Shown here one piece after another: positions 35,820 to 46,500 of a DNA stretch of 64,000 nt. The notes below the pieces were generated by a model. The model was not told the origin of the DNA, did not search any database, and saw only the letters and a list, made by a program, of their open reading frames with translations. The stretch's first letter is position 1; the number at the start of each line of letters is the position of its first letter. The position numbers and the translations under genes are program-made. The DNA lies in the IMG/VR virus record IMGVR_UViG_3300042542_005523, one strand, 5' to 3'. Source of the DNA: a virus (Duplodnaviria > Caudoviricetes).

Positions 35820-37121
35820 ATGGATTTAAGTTACTCTGAAAATATTATCATCAAGAACATTCTAGAAGACAAGTCTTATCTAGAAGTTGTAAAATCTGAT
35901 TTTTTTAAGAACGAGGGATTTAAAACCATAGTAGAGGTAGCCAAGGATTTCTGGGAGAGATATAAGGAATCGCCAACTAGAGAGCAGATAAAAGAGGCTC
36001 TTAAGATATCTGGCAGAATAGATAGTGTATCAATAAGCGAGATTGATAGCATATATGACGTTGATCTAAATAAATACGACTCCGATTGGCTCATAGAGAC
36101 CACCCAGTTTTTTATTGAATATAAGAATCTGACAAAGTCAGCTGTTGATGCGGTTAAGTATCTACAGAGCACGCCTGTTACTTCTGAAAATATAAAGTCT
36201 GTTATTGAGACTTTTAAGAGTATAGTAAACGATAGAAATAATCTAGATTTCTCTTTCGATGAGGGATTAGATTTCTTTAATGCTGAGAATCACAAGCAAC
36301 CCACTACCAACACATTCTCTAGCGGTTATACTTTTATAGATACCGTATTAGGAGGTGGATTTTCAGCTAAGGCATTATATGTTTTCATGGGTATGCCTAA
36401 GGTAGGTAAAAGTTTATGGCTCGGAAACATAGCTGCTCAAGCAGTTAGATCTGGTCATAATGTAGGTATCATTTCCCTGGAAATGAGTGATCGAAAATAT
36501 GTGAAGAGATTAGGTGCTAATATCTTAGGTATACCCGTTGGTGAATACAACGATAGGGCCGAGGATGACCAACTAATAAAGAAGAAAATTCAGTCTGTAG
36601 CTTTTGATAATCTGCAAATCCCTGGTAAATTGTTTGTCAAGGAATTTCCAACATCACAAGCATCAGTACATGATGTTGAGAGATATTTAAGAAAAATTGA
36701 GGAAAGTAAGGGTATAAAATTTAAGGTTGTTATTGTGGATTATATTAACATTATGAAGAATTGGCGAAATCCGAATTCAGAGAACACCTACATGAAGATT
36801 AAGCAGATTGCAGAGGATTTAAGAGGAATTGCCATGGCGAATGAATGGTCCATAATTACAGCAACACAAACCAAACAATCTGATTTTGATTCATCGGATT
36901 TGAGTATCAACTCAGCTGCCGAATCATCAGGTCTAGTAGCTACCGTTGATGGTATGTTTGGCATCATTCAAGATCCCATGATGTACGCAAATAGGGAGTA
37001 TAAATTGAAGATATTGGCAAACCGTGATGACGGTTATAAAAATGCACATAAGATTTTCAACGTCGATTACAAGTTCATGAGAATAGTAGAAGACACGAAT
37101 ACACCCATGCACACAGAATAA
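35820..37121 (+). CDS. DnaB-like SF4 replicative helicase (T4 gp41-like)
   Basis: GMPKVGKS, ISLEMS, VVIVDYINIM, QIAEDLRG, TATQT, AESSGL. Confidence 0.92.
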   Translation: MDLSYSENIIIKNILEDKSYLEVVKSDFFKNEGFKTIVEVAKDFWERYKESPTREQIKEALKISGRIDSVSISEIDSIYDVDLNKYDSDWLIETTQFFIEYKNLTKSAVDAVKYLQSTPVTSENIKSVIETFKSIVNDRNNLDFSFDEGLDFFNAENHKQPTTNTFSSGYTFIDTVLGGGFSAKALYVFMGMPKVGKSLWLGNIAAQAVRSGHNVGIISLEMSDRKYVKRLGANILGIPVGEYNDRAEDDQLIKKKIQSVAFDNLQIPGKLFVKEFPTSQASVHDVERYLRKIEESKGIKFKVVIVDYINIMKNWRNPNSENTYMKIKQIAEDLRGIAMANEWSIITATQTKQSDFDSSDLSINSAAESSGLVATVDGMFGIIQDPMMYANREYKLKILANRDDGYKNAHKIFNVDYKFMRIVEDTNTPMHTE

Positions 37122-37130
37122 AAAAATAGC

Positions 37131-37595
37131 ATGGTAGAAAAAAAAGAAGAAGAACAGCCAAATAAAAAACTTGGCGATAAAATATTCGGTGCACATAATA
37201 ATCCAACAAAGGACTCTGATTACAGTGATAACTTTGATGTTGATTTTTCGCACGTGATAATAGAGGATCGATACGACGAGGAGGAGTATCTCTATAAAAA
37301 AAAACTGGAGGAAGCAGTGTATGTTGCTTTCCAGAATTCACGCTGGCATCCGCTTAGCTATAAGAAGAAAATACCAAAGGATCTTATACCCCACTTATTC
37401 CATGAGATATTGGAGCAAATGGAAGAAACTGAATTTAACTTCATAGAGAAGTTTGTCAGCATATGTGATTTTGTATCTCTTTCGTATACTAAAGCATATG
37501 ATGTGATTCCGACTAAATATAAAGAAAAAATAGTCAACGAGTTGGAGATAAAGTATAGCGTTTTATCAAAAAGAAACATAAGTAAATTGTTTTAA
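37131..37595 (+). CDS. hypothetical acidic protein
   Basis: Operon-packed ORF between helicase and gp47. Confidence 0.7.
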   Translation: MVEKKEEEQPNKKLGDKIFGAHNNPTKDSDYSDNFDVDFSHVIIEDRYDEEEYLYKKKLEEAVYVAFQNSRWHPLSYKKKIPKDLIPHLFHEILEQMEETEFNFIEKFVSICDFVSLSYTKAYDVIPTKYKEKIVNELEIKYSVLSKRNISKLF

Positions 37596-37604
37596 TCACT
37601 ATAA

Positions 37605-38708
37605 ATGGTAGAGAATAAGGAAGCTAAAAGAGTTTGGTTTATTACAGATACCCACCTGGGGGTAAGAAACAATTCTAACGAGTGGATAGATTATATAAGA
37701 TCTTATTTCTTTGATTGGTTTTTTCCACTTGTGAAACAGCACTGGAAACCAGGAGACGTTCTGCTACATCTTGGTGATTATTACGACTCTAGACAGAGTG
37801 TCAATCTTAAAGTTTTAAACATGGGAGTTGAAGTAGCTGAGGAGCTATCTAGACTATTTCCGGATGGAATTTATTTTATAATAGGTAACCATGATATTTG
37901 GGGGGTCTCCAATAATGGGGTCAATTCTTTGAAGTCAATAAAATGGGTACCCGGTATTACTATTTTCGAAGAACCTGAAACACTTGTACTTTCTGACAAG
38001 AGATTTTATATGATGCCTTGGAGAAAGAATCATGACGAGGAGGAGGCCACCCTTGAAGGTGCTGAACCCCATGATTATCTATGCTGTCATACAGATATAA
38101 GGGGACTTAAGTTTAATAGAGCAGTACATATCGAGAATGGCGCTAACATAGATAAATTCAGAAAATTTGATCGAGTTTACTCTGGCCATATACACTATTC
38201 ACAGACGGTTGATAATATTAAGATGCTAGGATCTCCCTATGAGATAACAAGATCCGATATGGGTAATCCTAAAGGAATAACTCTTCTTGATTTATCCAAC
38301 GGCGGGGAAACGTATTTTCCTAATGAATTTTCTCCTAAGTTCAAAAAACTTTATTTTGACGAGATCCTGGATATGAATTCTTTGGAGGTCGAGGAGCTGT
38401 TCAGGAATAACTTTGTTGATATAATGATAGATCCAAGAATGGCTCTAAAAGCACCACTGAATATCATAACAGACACAATACAGTCACAAAGAAAATTAAG
38501 TTTTCATCCATACGATCCAGAGCAAGCAAACCCTCTCTCCGTACAGATAATGGAAACTGACGGAAAGCAGTTCAATGTTTTGGATTTCATAGGTGAATAT
38601 GTGAGAACTATCGAAACAGATGAAGACACCAAAGATAAAATAAAGAGAAGTTTAGGTAAACTGTATCAAACAGTCGTAGAAAAGGATCAGGAAAACAGAG
38701 AGCTATGA
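37605..38708 (+). CDS. Mre11/SbcD-like recombination nuclease (T4 gp47-like)
   Basis: TDTHLG, LGDYYD, IGNHD, CHTD, YSGHIH metallophosphoesterase motifs. Confidence 0.93.
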   Translation: MVENKEAKRVWFITDTHLGVRNNSNEWIDYIRSYFFDWFFPLVKQHWKPGDVLLHLGDYYDSRQSVNLKVLNMGVEVAEELSRLFPDGIYFIIGNHDIWGVSNNGVNSLKSIKWVPGITIFEEPETLVLSDKRFYMMPWRKNHDEEEATLEGAEPHDYLCCHTDIRGLKFNRAVHIENGANIDKFRKFDRVYSGHIHYSQTVDNIKMLGSPYEITRSDMGNPKGITLLDLSNGGETYFPNEFSPKFKKLYFDEILDMNSLEVEELFRNNFVDIMIDPRMALKAPLNIITDTIQSQRKLSFHPYDPEQANPLSVQIMETDGKQFNVLDFIGEYVRTIETDEDTKDKIKRSLGKLYQTVVEKDQENREL

Positions 38709-40372
38709 AGATAAAGAAAGTAGAGTGGAAAAATTTTGCTTCATATGGCAATAGAAAGCAGATTCTTGAATTTCCCGATGAACCCTCACTTTTTCAGGTT
38801 ATAGGAGAAAATGGATCGGGCAAGTCATCTATATCCCAGGTTATAACATTTGCTTTCTATGGTAAAGTAGAGGGTAAGAAATTAGGTGATATTCCTAATA
38901 GAATAAACGGAAATGCGTGGGTTCGTGTTGAATTTGAATCTGATGGCAGAAATATAGCCGTTGAAAGAGGACTAGAGCCTAGCTTATTTGACCTGTATAT
39001 TGATGGCATGAAGTACGATCAAGCTGGTCAAAGAACTGTACAGGAGTATTTATCAGATGATATTTTGGGAATACCGTATTATGTTTTCAATAATACAATC
39101 TTACTCTCCATTAATGACTTTAAGAGTTTTATTAAAATGAGTGTTCAGGACAAAAGGGCAATCGTTGATAAAATATTCGGATTCCACATATTGAACCAAA
39201 TGAGGGATGCCCTCAAAGAGGAATCTAAGAAAATAAAGGAATCGATGGATAATCTGTCCGGGCAGATGATCTCAATTAAAAACTCAATAGAGAAGTCGCA
39301 TTATGAAATGGAATCTCTTGCTTCTGAAATAGAAGAAAAGTCAAAGGAAAGACTAGGATCTCTTAACGAATCTCTTGAAGCTTTCATCAAGCTGCAGGAA
39401 ATACATTCTCAAAAAATAACAGATTTTAAAAAAATTGAGACTGAGTTTAATTCCAGCAATCTTAGTGCAAACCAATCACTGACTGAAGCAAGAACTAAGA
39501 TGAAGGATATTTTAAGAAGATTGTCCCTGTATGAATCTGATAAATGTCCCACATGCGAGTCACCCCTAGATACTGATTTTCATAGTGATGTCAAAAATGG
39601 TCTAGAGGTTGAATCTAAAAAAATGGAAAGCAATCTTAGTGAAATTGAATCCCTGATTTTAGACCTTAGAAAAAAAGAGGCAGACATAAATTCAACAAAA
39701 TCAGATCTGAGGGACAAAGGAAATAAAATATCTGCTAAGATCATAGAGGTAAATAGGGAAATAGAGTCTCTATCTCATAAGAGCGGCAGGGATGAACAGC
39801 TTGGTGCGTTAAAGAGGATAATAGATAATCTGGAGAGCGACAGCCAATCGATACAATCTGAGTCTTTTAAGGTGGAGGAAAAATCTAACTGGATAAAGAC
39901 TTTGGATGATATATTAGGGGAGAAGGGTGTTAAACAATTGGCTATACGAACCATACTTCCATCACTCAATTCTGAAATATTGGATCTTCTTGGACAAATG
40001 CACCTTGATTATCAAGTAGTGTTTGATGAGGAGTTTAAAGCTACCATATATCACATGGGGATAGAGATACCAGTTCAGACCCTTAGCACCGGTGAAATGA
40101 AGAAGGTCGATTTTGTTGTTCTTGTGGCGATAATGAAGCTAATGAAACTTAAATTTTCATCCATAAATCTACTATTCCTCGACGAGCTTTTTAGTTCCGT
40201 CGACCCGGATGGGATTTACTCTATATTAAAAATATTACAGAAGGTAACTAGAGAACTTGGCCTTAATATATTTGTGATTAATCACGCTCCAATGCCGCAT
40301 GAGATATTCGATTGGAAGCTTGAGGTTAAAAAGATGAACAACTTCTCTACTATAACCATAGACAAGTTCTAA
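38705..40372 (+). CDS. Rad50/SbcC-like ATPase (T4 gp46-like)
   Basis: KNFASYGN, GENGSGKS, coiled coils with CPTC zinc hook, LSTGE, LFLDELFSSVD, INH. Confidence 0.93.
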   Translation: MKIKKVEWKNFASYGNRKQILEFPDEPSLFQVIGENGSGKSSISQVITFAFYGKVEGKKLGDIPNRINGNAWVRVEFESDGRNIAVERGLEPSLFDLYIDGMKYDQAGQRTVQEYLSDDILGIPYYVFNNTILLSINDFKSFIKMSVQDKRAIVDKIFGFHILNQMRDALKEESKKIKESMDNLSGQMISIKNSIEKSHYEMESLASEIEEKSKERLGSLNESLEAFIKLQEIHSQKITDFKKIETEFNSSNLSANQSLTEARTKMKDILRRLSLYESDKCPTCESPLDTDFHSDVKNGLEVESKKMESNLSEIESLILDLRKKEADINSTKSDLRDKGNKISAKIIEVNREIESLSHKSGRDEQLGALKRIIDNLESDSQSIQSESFKVEEKSNWIKTLDDILGEKGVKQLAIRTILPSLNSEILDLLGQMHLDYQVVFDEEFKATIYHMGIEIPVQTLSTGEMKKVDFVVLVAIMKLMKLKFSSINLLFLDELFSSVDPDGIYSILKILQKVTRELGLNIFVINHAPMPHEIFDWKLEVKKMNNFSTITIDKF

Positions 40373-40418
40373 TTTTTATTTTATAGAATATATAGGATAG
40401 AAAAATCTCTATTCAATA

Positions 40419-41312
40419 TTGGCACAATCCGGAAGAAAAAGAATCCTAAGAGCTACCCAAGCTACAACCCCTCAATCTCAGACCAAGAAAATTGATCAGA
40501 ATAAAAAGAAGGCTGGGCTGGGTAATATACCTAGCACATATTTTGAGCCGGGATTAAGTGGGGGTATACCAGGTGTAGGATTACTGAAACCTAGACCAGT
40601 TTCCACACAAAACTATCAGCCGGTTACGAATAATCAAAATAGACCAGTATATAGTACAAATACAATAGCTAAGTACAGTTACTTCTTTGTAGAATATGAC
40701 AACATATACACCCCTCTAAGAGATGGCGTTTTGTATACTTTTGTTGTTATTATAACCCTTTCCCCGCAGACCGATAATAATGTGGCTATCATGTTAGGAA
40801 AGATTAAAAAGAGGATAACCCCTTTAACGGCAGATACTTACAAAAATGGATCGTTTAATCATCCGACATACGTAAATCAAAATGGAGATCCTTTATCGTT
40901 TAGATACGCGGAAATTCCTTTAGTGGTTCAAAAAACACCTGGAAGATTGGATAATGTTCCTATAGGATATCCTAACTTCGATTCAACACCAAGCCCAATT
41001 AGTACATCTCAAGGGCCATTTCCGTCTGCCCCTATTGTTAATTTCACAACAGCAACAGGTGCAACCTCAGGTGTTACTATTTCTGCAGGCGGTACGGTTT
41101 ATTTTATCGATGCCTCTGTTCAAAGTCCTTCCGCATATAGACCACTTGGCTGGACCTGGAATTTTGGTGCAACAGCATCACCCACCGGGTCCACAGACAG
41201 AAAACAGATAGTTACATACGGGGCTACTGGAGTATATAGCGTTACCCTTACTGCTTATAATGCAGGGGGAACCGGATCAAAAACAAAATCTACATTTGTA
41301 ACTGTAACTTAA
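40419..41312 (+). CDS. PKD-domain virion protein (TTG start)
   Basis: C-terminal FIDAS...WTWNFG...TYGATGVYSVTLTAYN PKD pattern; basic N-terminus. Confidence 0.7.
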   Translation: MAQSGRKRILRATQATTPQSQTKKIDQNKKKAGLGNIPSTYFEPGLSGGIPGVGLLKPRPVSTQNYQPVTNNQNRPVYSTNTIAKYSYFFVEYDNIYTPLRDGVLYTFVVIITLSPQTDNNVAIMLGKIKKRITPLTADTYKNGSFNHPTYVNQNGDPLSFRYAEIPLVVQKTPGRLDNVPIGYPNFDSTPSPISTSQGPFPSAPIVNFTTATGATSGVTISAGGTVYFIDASVQSPSAYRPLGWTWNFGATASPTGSTDRKQIVTYGATGVYSVTLTAYNAGGTGSKTKSTFVTVT

Positions 41313-41313
41313 T

Positions 41314-42063
41314 ATGAGCGGATTTTTAGAAAAATACAACACCGACGAGGTATTCTTAAGAAACCTTATCATATCTTTTATTAGATCGCTGAATGATAAA
41401 CTAACCTATATACAGGTAAACGATCAGCAGCAAACACTAGAGGTTTTTGTTCCCTTTTTTTATTCGATGACTGGAGACGAGAGCTTTTTGCAAGACTTCT
41501 TTATAGAATATAAAAACTGTCTTACTGACGAACCCCATGCTGAGGGTAACTATGACGTAGTCCCAAGAGGAATAGTTAAAATGACAGCTAGTAACATAGA
41601 TGTAGCTGGTATAATGAACCCCAATGTTAGAATGTCATACACGATGGAGGATCTAGACGGTAACATGAAAACATTCTCTGCTTATACTAAGCCGGTTCCT
41701 CTTACTGTTTCTTTTGACGTTAGTATAATAACAGATACTATGTTAGATGCTTTTAAAATCTACCAGTCTGTAATAACTACTTTCTATAAAACATATACTT
41801 TTGCTTTTGAGTTCCAGGGATTGAGAATACCCGCTATTGCTGGATTTCCAGAACAGATAACGAACGACAAGCAGTTTGAATTTACGTACGGTAGTTCTCA
41901 GAAGTTTATAACAAGCCAATTTTCAGTTGAGATTCAGACTTACTTCCCAGAAAAAGACCTAACCACGGAAAGGTTCAGGGGTAATTTGATGCAAGCTGGA
42001 ATCAGAGCAGTCCAAAAATTGGACGAAAGAAATGTTAATAGAGGAAATAATAGAATAGTCTAA
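41314..42063 (+). CDS. tail completion / sheath stabiliser, T4 gp15-like
   Basis: VPFFYSMTGDE, VVPRG, PVPLTVSFDVSIITDTMLDAFKI pattern; structural context. Confidence 0.65.
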   Translation: MSGFLEKYNTDEVFLRNLIISFIRSLNDKLTYIQVNDQQQTLEVFVPFFYSMTGDESFLQDFFIEYKNCLTDEPHAEGNYDVVPRGIVKMTASNIDVAGIMNPNVRMSYTMEDLDGNMKTFSAYTKPVPLTVSFDVSIITDTMLDAFKIYQSVITTFYKTYTFAFEFQGLRIPAIAGFPEQITNDKQFEFTYGSSQKFITSQFSVEIQTYFPEKDLTTERFRGNLMQAGIRAVQKLDERNVNRGNNRIV

Positions 42064-42115
42064 TGTTCTATATTATCAACGCGGATATATAGATCAGATA
42101 AAATATTCGTGCCTC

Positions 42116-42409
42116 ATGAACAACTCACAGCTCCCATTTAATCCAGAAGAATTTGCAAATAGGATAATCGACGGTAGCAATAGTGAAACCCTCGATCAGC
42201 TTTATTTTGTGGGCAGTGCTAAATCATACATTAAAAAAGTTGACACAGGAAACTCATTAACCGTGAAAGCTTCTGGTAATTTCTTTAGTAATGTTGCGGG
42301 ACAGGAATTCAGGGACATATTAGACGGTGGAACGTCCACCCCAGGATCATATCAGTATTATGGTGTGATTGTAGGTGGTGTTTTCCCAACGGAAAAAAAT
42401 GGAATATAA
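42116..42409 (+). CDS. small structural hypothetical protein
   Basis: GATATATAG upstream (42084-42092); heads the fibre operon. Confidence 0.6.
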   Translation: MNNSQLPFNPEEFANRIIDGSNSETLDQLYFVGSAKSYIKKVDTGNSLTVKASGNFFSNVAGQEFRDILDGGTSTPGSYQYYGVIVGGVFPTEKNGI

Positions 42410-42426
42410 AAATAGAAATATAAAAA

Positions 42427-43521
42427 ATGGCATTTAGAATTCAGATTAGAAGAGACACCTCTGTTAGGTGGGCAGTTAACAACCCAGTACTACTTTCAGC
42501 AGAGTTAGGTTATGAAACTGACACTGATCTCCTTAAGATTGGAGATGGCACTACCCTATGGAATGACCTTGATTACTGGAACGGTAATCTAACTATAGAA
42601 GTAAACGGCACGCAGGTTATACAAGGGGCTGGTACCCTTAACTTTACTGGTGGTGTTTCTGCTAGTGCCACAGGAGGAAGCGTAACACTCGACTTCTCTG
42701 GAGTTGGCGGGTTAACAGGACCAACAGGGCCTAGTGCTAATATTGGAGTTTTCGATGCTACTACATTTGTAGCAGGTGCAACAGGCATACAGTTCACTGG
42801 CGGTGGGGTTAGCGTATCTTCATCTGGAAATGTTGCTGTTGTTTCGGTAAGTGCTTTACAAAACTCACTTTATAACGAGACTGTAAGGTATCTAATCGAT
42901 AACACAACAGCTCAGTATTCAGGATCACCTATCATAGGAACAAATGATAAGATTACTATATGCTCTAGCGGTAACATTTATGCTAATAGATCCTGGACTA
43001 GATCTGGAACTACACTGACAGTAAACTCTACTTCTCATGGATTGTTAGCAGGTGATGGTGTTGTAATTAGAAATGGTGCTTCTACAGATAGCTACAATTT
43101 CTATATAGTCCAAACCGCAAGCGCTAATTCTTTTACTGTGACTGTTGCTAACTCCGGTGGTGCATCAGGAAGCGGATTGACATACATACCTAGCTTTTCT
43201 GTTACCTCCTGGTCGTCTGGAACATCTATGACCCTAAGCGCACCAACAGTTGGTAATGCCCAACTTCTTTCGGCTACTGTCTGTACTGTTATGAGCACTT
43301 CCTCTTTCTATGTTACAATAGACGGTGAGGGAATAAGCAATGGTGCTGGTGTTAATGCCTCGGTTAGAACAATGAATCCACCTGTTGTTTCTGCACAAAC
43401 TACCTCTAACGGTAATGATCTAGCAGCATCGTGTACTCTGGATGTAAATTCTCCGTATCAAACCTTTGTGTTGCAAAGTTTAACTGCAGCTGTTGAAAAT
43501 CTAGTAAAAATGGTATTCTAA
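42427..43521 (+). CDS. tail fibre protein with Mtd N-terminal domain
   Basis: IQIRRDTSVRWAVNNPVLLSAELGYETDTDLLKIGDG; beta-rich T/S/G body. Confidence 0.8.
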   Translation: MAFRIQIRRDTSVRWAVNNPVLLSAELGYETDTDLLKIGDGTTLWNDLDYWNGNLTIEVNGTQVIQGAGTLNFTGGVSASATGGSVTLDFSGVGGLTGPTGPSANIGVFDATTFVAGATGIQFTGGGVSVSSSGNVAVVSVSALQNSLYNETVRYLIDNTTAQYSGSPIIGTNDKITICSSGNIYANRSWTRSGTTLTVNSTSHGLLAGDGVVIRNGASTDSYNFYIVQTASANSFTVTVANSGGASGSGLTYIPSFSVTSWSSGTSMTLSAPTVGNAQLLSATVCTVMSTSSFYVTIDGEGISNGAGVNASVRTMNPPVVSAQTTSNGNDLAASCTLDVNSPYQTFVLQSLTAAVENLVKMVF

Positions 43522-43527
43522 AAATTA

Positions 43528-46500
43528 ATGCTTACGGATAACCTGTTTAGTGGAATTGTAGATTTTACCGACGGTAGCTTAAGCAGCTTAGTTGGTATCA
43601 CAGGTAGTGCGACATACGGGTCCAGTGTGATAACTGGAGTTGATAGCACGATCATACCTGGATTAACTGCTGGCCTTTCGGTTAGAGCACTACCAGAAGG
43701 AATTCTCAATCCCTCTACAACGATAGTTTCTTTGGGCTCTAACACGGTAGAGTTTTCTAACCCGGTAGGTTACACCGGATCCGCTAATTTTTATATAGAA
43801 CTAAGCAGCGGCAATTATCTTTTAAACAACGCTTTATTTGTTGACGTTAACAACATCTATAATGTTGGTGATATACCAGACTATCAAATAGGAGCCACTG
43901 GAGGATTGGTAATTTCTCCTTTTGCGATCTATACTCAGGGAAGATATAACGATCAGAAGAATCTTAAAGCCATATATGAAAAGTACATAATAACAAAAGT
44001 ACTTTCAAGGAACACAGTAACAAATAGATTTAGCGCTATAGTTACTTGGGGTTTTTCAGGATCTGCACCGACGAGTGTTAATACTGGACAGACAGTTCTA
44101 CCTATAACTCAGCTATCCCCGAATAATTTATTGCCTCCCATAATAGACTATAGAGCATTTTCTTATAAGAATCTTCCGGAAGGACAGCCATTTAATCAGG
44201 AGATATTAAAGGTCTTAGATTCTGGAGGAAGCGGAGGAAGCGGAGGAAGCGGAACTTCAGGAACAAGTGGTAGTTCAGGATCTTCAGGAACTTCAGGAAC
44301 AAGTGGTAGTTCAGGCACTAGCGGCACAGACGGTTCATCGGGAACTAGCGGTACAGATGGTTCAAGTGGAACTTCAGGAACTAGCGGTACGGATGGTTCA
44401 TCAGGAACTTCAGGAACATCAGGATCCAGTGGTTCTTCAGGTGAATCGGGTTCAAGTGGTTCATCAGGTGAATCGGGAACTTCAGGATCCAGTGGTTCAT
44501 CAGGTGAATCAGGTTCAAGTGGTTCTTCAGGTGAATCAGGAACTTCAGGAACTTCAGGATCGAGTGGAACATCGGGATCCAGTGGAACATCAGGTGAATC
44601 GGGATCCAGTGGAACATCAGGTGAATCAGGAACTTCAGGAACTTCAGGATCGAGTGGAACTTCGGGATCCAGTGGAACATCAGGTGAATCAGGAACAAGT
44701 GGTTCTTCAGGTGAATCAGGAACTTCAGGATCGAGTGGAACTTCGGGATCCAGTGGAACATCAGGTGAATCAGGAACAAGTGGTTCTTCAGGTGAATCAG
44801 GAACTTCAGGATCGAGTGGAACATCGGGATCCAGTGGAACATCAGGTGAATCAGGAACTTCAGGAACTTCAGGATCAAGTGGAACATCAGGATCCAGTGG
44901 TTCTTCAGGTGAATCGGGAACAAGTGGTTCTTCAGGGACATCTGGTTCAAGTGGTAGTGCGGGTTCATCTGGTTCAACGGGTACTTCAGGTTCTTCTGGA
45001 ACAGGAGGTTCATCAGGTAGCTCTGGTTCAAGTGGAAGTTCAGGTAGTACAGGTTCCTCAGGTTCAAGTGGTAGTTCAGGAACATCTGGCTCAACAGGTA
45101 CTTCAGGAACTTCAGGTTCAAGTGGGTCTTCAGGTAGTTCAGGAAGTAGCGGAACATCTGGTTCTAGTGGAAGTGTTGGAACTTCTGGTACATCAGGTTC
45201 ATCAGGTAGTGTAGGTACTAGTGGAACATCAGGTACATCAGGTACATCAGGTAGTGTAGGTACTAGTGGTACATCTGGTAGTTCAGGTTCTAGCGGTTCG
45301 TCAGGTAATAGTGGAAGTTCAGGTACAAGTGGAACATCAGGTACTTCTGGCTCTAGTGGAAGTGTTGGAACTTCTGGTACATCAGGAAGTTCAGGTTCTT
45401 CAGGTACTAGTGGTAGTTCTGGCTCTACTGGCACATCGGGTACTAGTGGCTCATCAGGAAGTGTAGGTACAAGTGGAAGTTCAGGTTCTAGCGGTTCATC
45501 AGGAAGTTCAGGTATTAGTGGTTCTTCAGGTTCTAGCGGAAGCGCTGGAAGCTCAGGAAGTACAGGTACATCAGGAACTAGTGGAACTTCAGGTAGTTCT
45601 GGTTCAGTAGGAACTTCAGGTACATCAGGTAGTTCTGGTTTATCGGGAAGCAGTGGTTCTTCAGGAAGTACTGGAACATCAGGAAGTACTGGAACTTCAG
45701 GTTCAAGTGGTAGTGTTGGGACTAGTGGTACATCGGGTTCAAGTGGTTCTTCAGGAAGTGTTGGTACGTCTGGTTCATCTGGAAGTGCAGGTACATCAGG
45801 AACTTCAGGGTCATCAGGAAGTTCAGGTACAAGCGGAACATCAGGAACTGGAGGAACTTCAGGTTCAAGTGGTAGTGTTGGGACTAGTGGTACATCAGGA
45901 ACAAGTGGTTCTTCAGGTACATCAGGTAGTTCAGGTTCAAGTGGTTCATCGGGAAGTTCAGGTTCAAGTGGTTCATCGGGTACATCAGGTAGTACTGGTA
46001 CTAGTGGTAGTAGTGGAACAAGCGGAACGTCGGGTTCATCAGGTTCTGCGGGAAGTAGTGGTTCATCAGGTAGTGTTGGAACATCTGGTTCAAGTGGTAG
46101 TTCAGGTAGTTATGGTTCATCAGGTACATCTGGCTCAAGTGGTAGCTCTGGTTCAACAGGTTCGTCAGGTAGTAGTGGTATAACTGGGTCTTCAGGTACG
46201 AGTGGTAGTTCTGGCACATCAGGTTCATCTGGTAGTTCAGGTTCTTCAGGTAGTACTGGTTCATCAGGAACTAGCGGAACATCAGGAACATCAGGTACAA
46301 GTGGTAGTTCAGGTTCTACAGGAACATCGGGTTCTACAGGAACATCGGGTTCATCAGGTAGTAGTGGCTCAAGTGGAAGTTCAGGATTGACAGGTTCATC
46401 AGGAACATCGGGTTCATCAGGGACATCGGGTTCATCAGGTAGTTCTGGTTCAAGTGGTAGTAGCGGAAGTACAGGGTCTTCGGGCACAAGTGGTAGTTCT

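Noticed and set aside
34343-40372. Inteins or introns in UvsX, helicase, gp47 or gp46
   Set aside because: Lengths are normal and no splice-junction or LAGLIDADG motifs were seen.
4466-43521. Diversity-generating retroelement suggested by two Mtd_N genes
   Set aside because: Mtd_N is only the N-terminal anchor; no reverse transcriptase or TR/VR pair differing at adenines was seen in this window.
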